The notes below the pieces were generated by a model. That model had not been told where the DNA came from. It did not search any database and saw only the letters and a list, made by a program, of their open reading frames with translations. The position numbers and the translations under genes are program-made. 6,961 bases of DNA from assembly GCF_006345805.1 (NCBI RefSeq), contig NW_021828980.1, forward strand, positions 1-6,961. The letters run 5' to 3'. This stretch comes from Octopus sinensis. Taxonomy: Eukaryota. Positions within the stretch are counted from its first letter, which is position 1; every line of letters starts with the position of its first letter. This document shows positions 6,230-6,961 of this stretch, piece by piece.

Positions 6230-6930
6230 TGAACACGTATTCTGTACGCATTTTGATTAAACCCGGCTGATGGCAGTTTCGATCCTGTAAAGTTTGTTTC
6301 AAAGCAGCCTTCATGGATTTCCAGAAACTCAATAGTTCCCGGAACGGAGCAACCAGTCTAGTTGGTTATCACCGACTTGGAGAATTTTTCCGAAAATTGT
6401 GTGACTCTTCCTCACCACTATGTTTGTACATAATGCTAAAATGGAAGTTTTAGTATTCTATAGAGTTGCATTGTCTGATAAGGAGAGATCGAGGAGGGTT
6501 TAACTGCATTCCAGATGCCAAGTGCTCAGTCTTTGTCTTTGACTCAAAACTGCAGGTTTGTGAAAGAGACAATCTGTGGGGAAAACGTTCCTCACAAAAA
6601 GCGACCACAACCACTCACTGACCAGCAATTATTTTAAACGCTGCAGATTCATCTTAACTCTGTGCGGTAATATTCACAGCATAATGGGACTTTTGCCTAG
6701 AGCTGTGGACAGTAATGGACTACCATACAACTGGTGCGCACATATTCTACAAACGCGAATGCGCAAACACTTCAACTTTACCCAATGAAAACCGGGTATT
6801 GGGCAGGAAATCTATACACGAACTCGCCAGCGCTCCTCGACTTTTCAGAAATAGATTTCTCCCAGTCAATTTCTGGATGTGACTGGTCACTTAGTTCCTA
6901 TCCACCTGAGGTTTGAAACTCCAAGCATCA
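6230..6930 (+). mobile_element. Possible ancient, heavily decayed LINE (RTE-like) apurinic-endonuclease (APE) domain relic
   Basis: Faint motif echoes occur in the right order and roughly the right spacing across frames. They are TYSVRIL (about 6235; cf. TWNVRTL), GFPETQ* (about 6315; cf. GLSETRW), IILNAADS (about 6628; cf. IxxGDFN), HNG..LEL..NGL (about 6680-6722) and GHLVPIHLR/LKL (about 6885-6922; cf. SDHxLVxxxLRLKL). They span about 230 codons with many stops and frameshifts. Confidence 0.35.
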
Positions 6931-6961
6931 CAGTCGGAATTCATTGTTTCTTCAGCGTCAA

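Noticed and set aside
6181-6270. Helitron Pif1 helicase C-terminus on the minus strand (..VDLRSSVEQLF..)
   Set aside because: The diagnostic motifs (TINKSQG, HGQLYVA) are absent, so the resemblance is at chance level.

Overview
This is a repeat-dominated eukaryotic window with no intact protein-coding gene. It is probably intronic or intergenic DNA from an octopus, judged from my recall of octopus tRNA-derived SINEs and the extreme microsatellite load; I could not verify this. From left to right it holds a CR1/L2-type LINE reverse-transcriptase (RT) fragment (- strand, 1-550, with an internal deletion) fused back-to-back to a frameshift-riddled RTE/BovB-type RT fragment (+, 552-1505). These are followed by TTTC, TG, CA and ACC simple repeats and a full-length tRNA-derived SINE (-, 2442-2674) with a 16-bp target-site duplication (TSD). 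A 32-bp minisatellite (3019-3317) sits in a decayed halo, followed by a weak candidate terminal exon (-, 3771-3877) and TA, AAT, GAT and TAC/TGC microsatellites. The right end holds a 5'-truncated related SINE with a different tail (-, 5340-5455), a second SINE copy (+, 5979-6177) with a 16-bp TSD but no B box, and a possible very old LINE endonuclease relic (+, about 6230-6930). Nearly all supplied ORFs are artefacts of repeats. I found no convincing novel biological system. The best leads are the inverted SINE pair, the head-to-head LINE chimera, the B-box deletion and the tetramer-built minisatellite rich in Myb-type sites.
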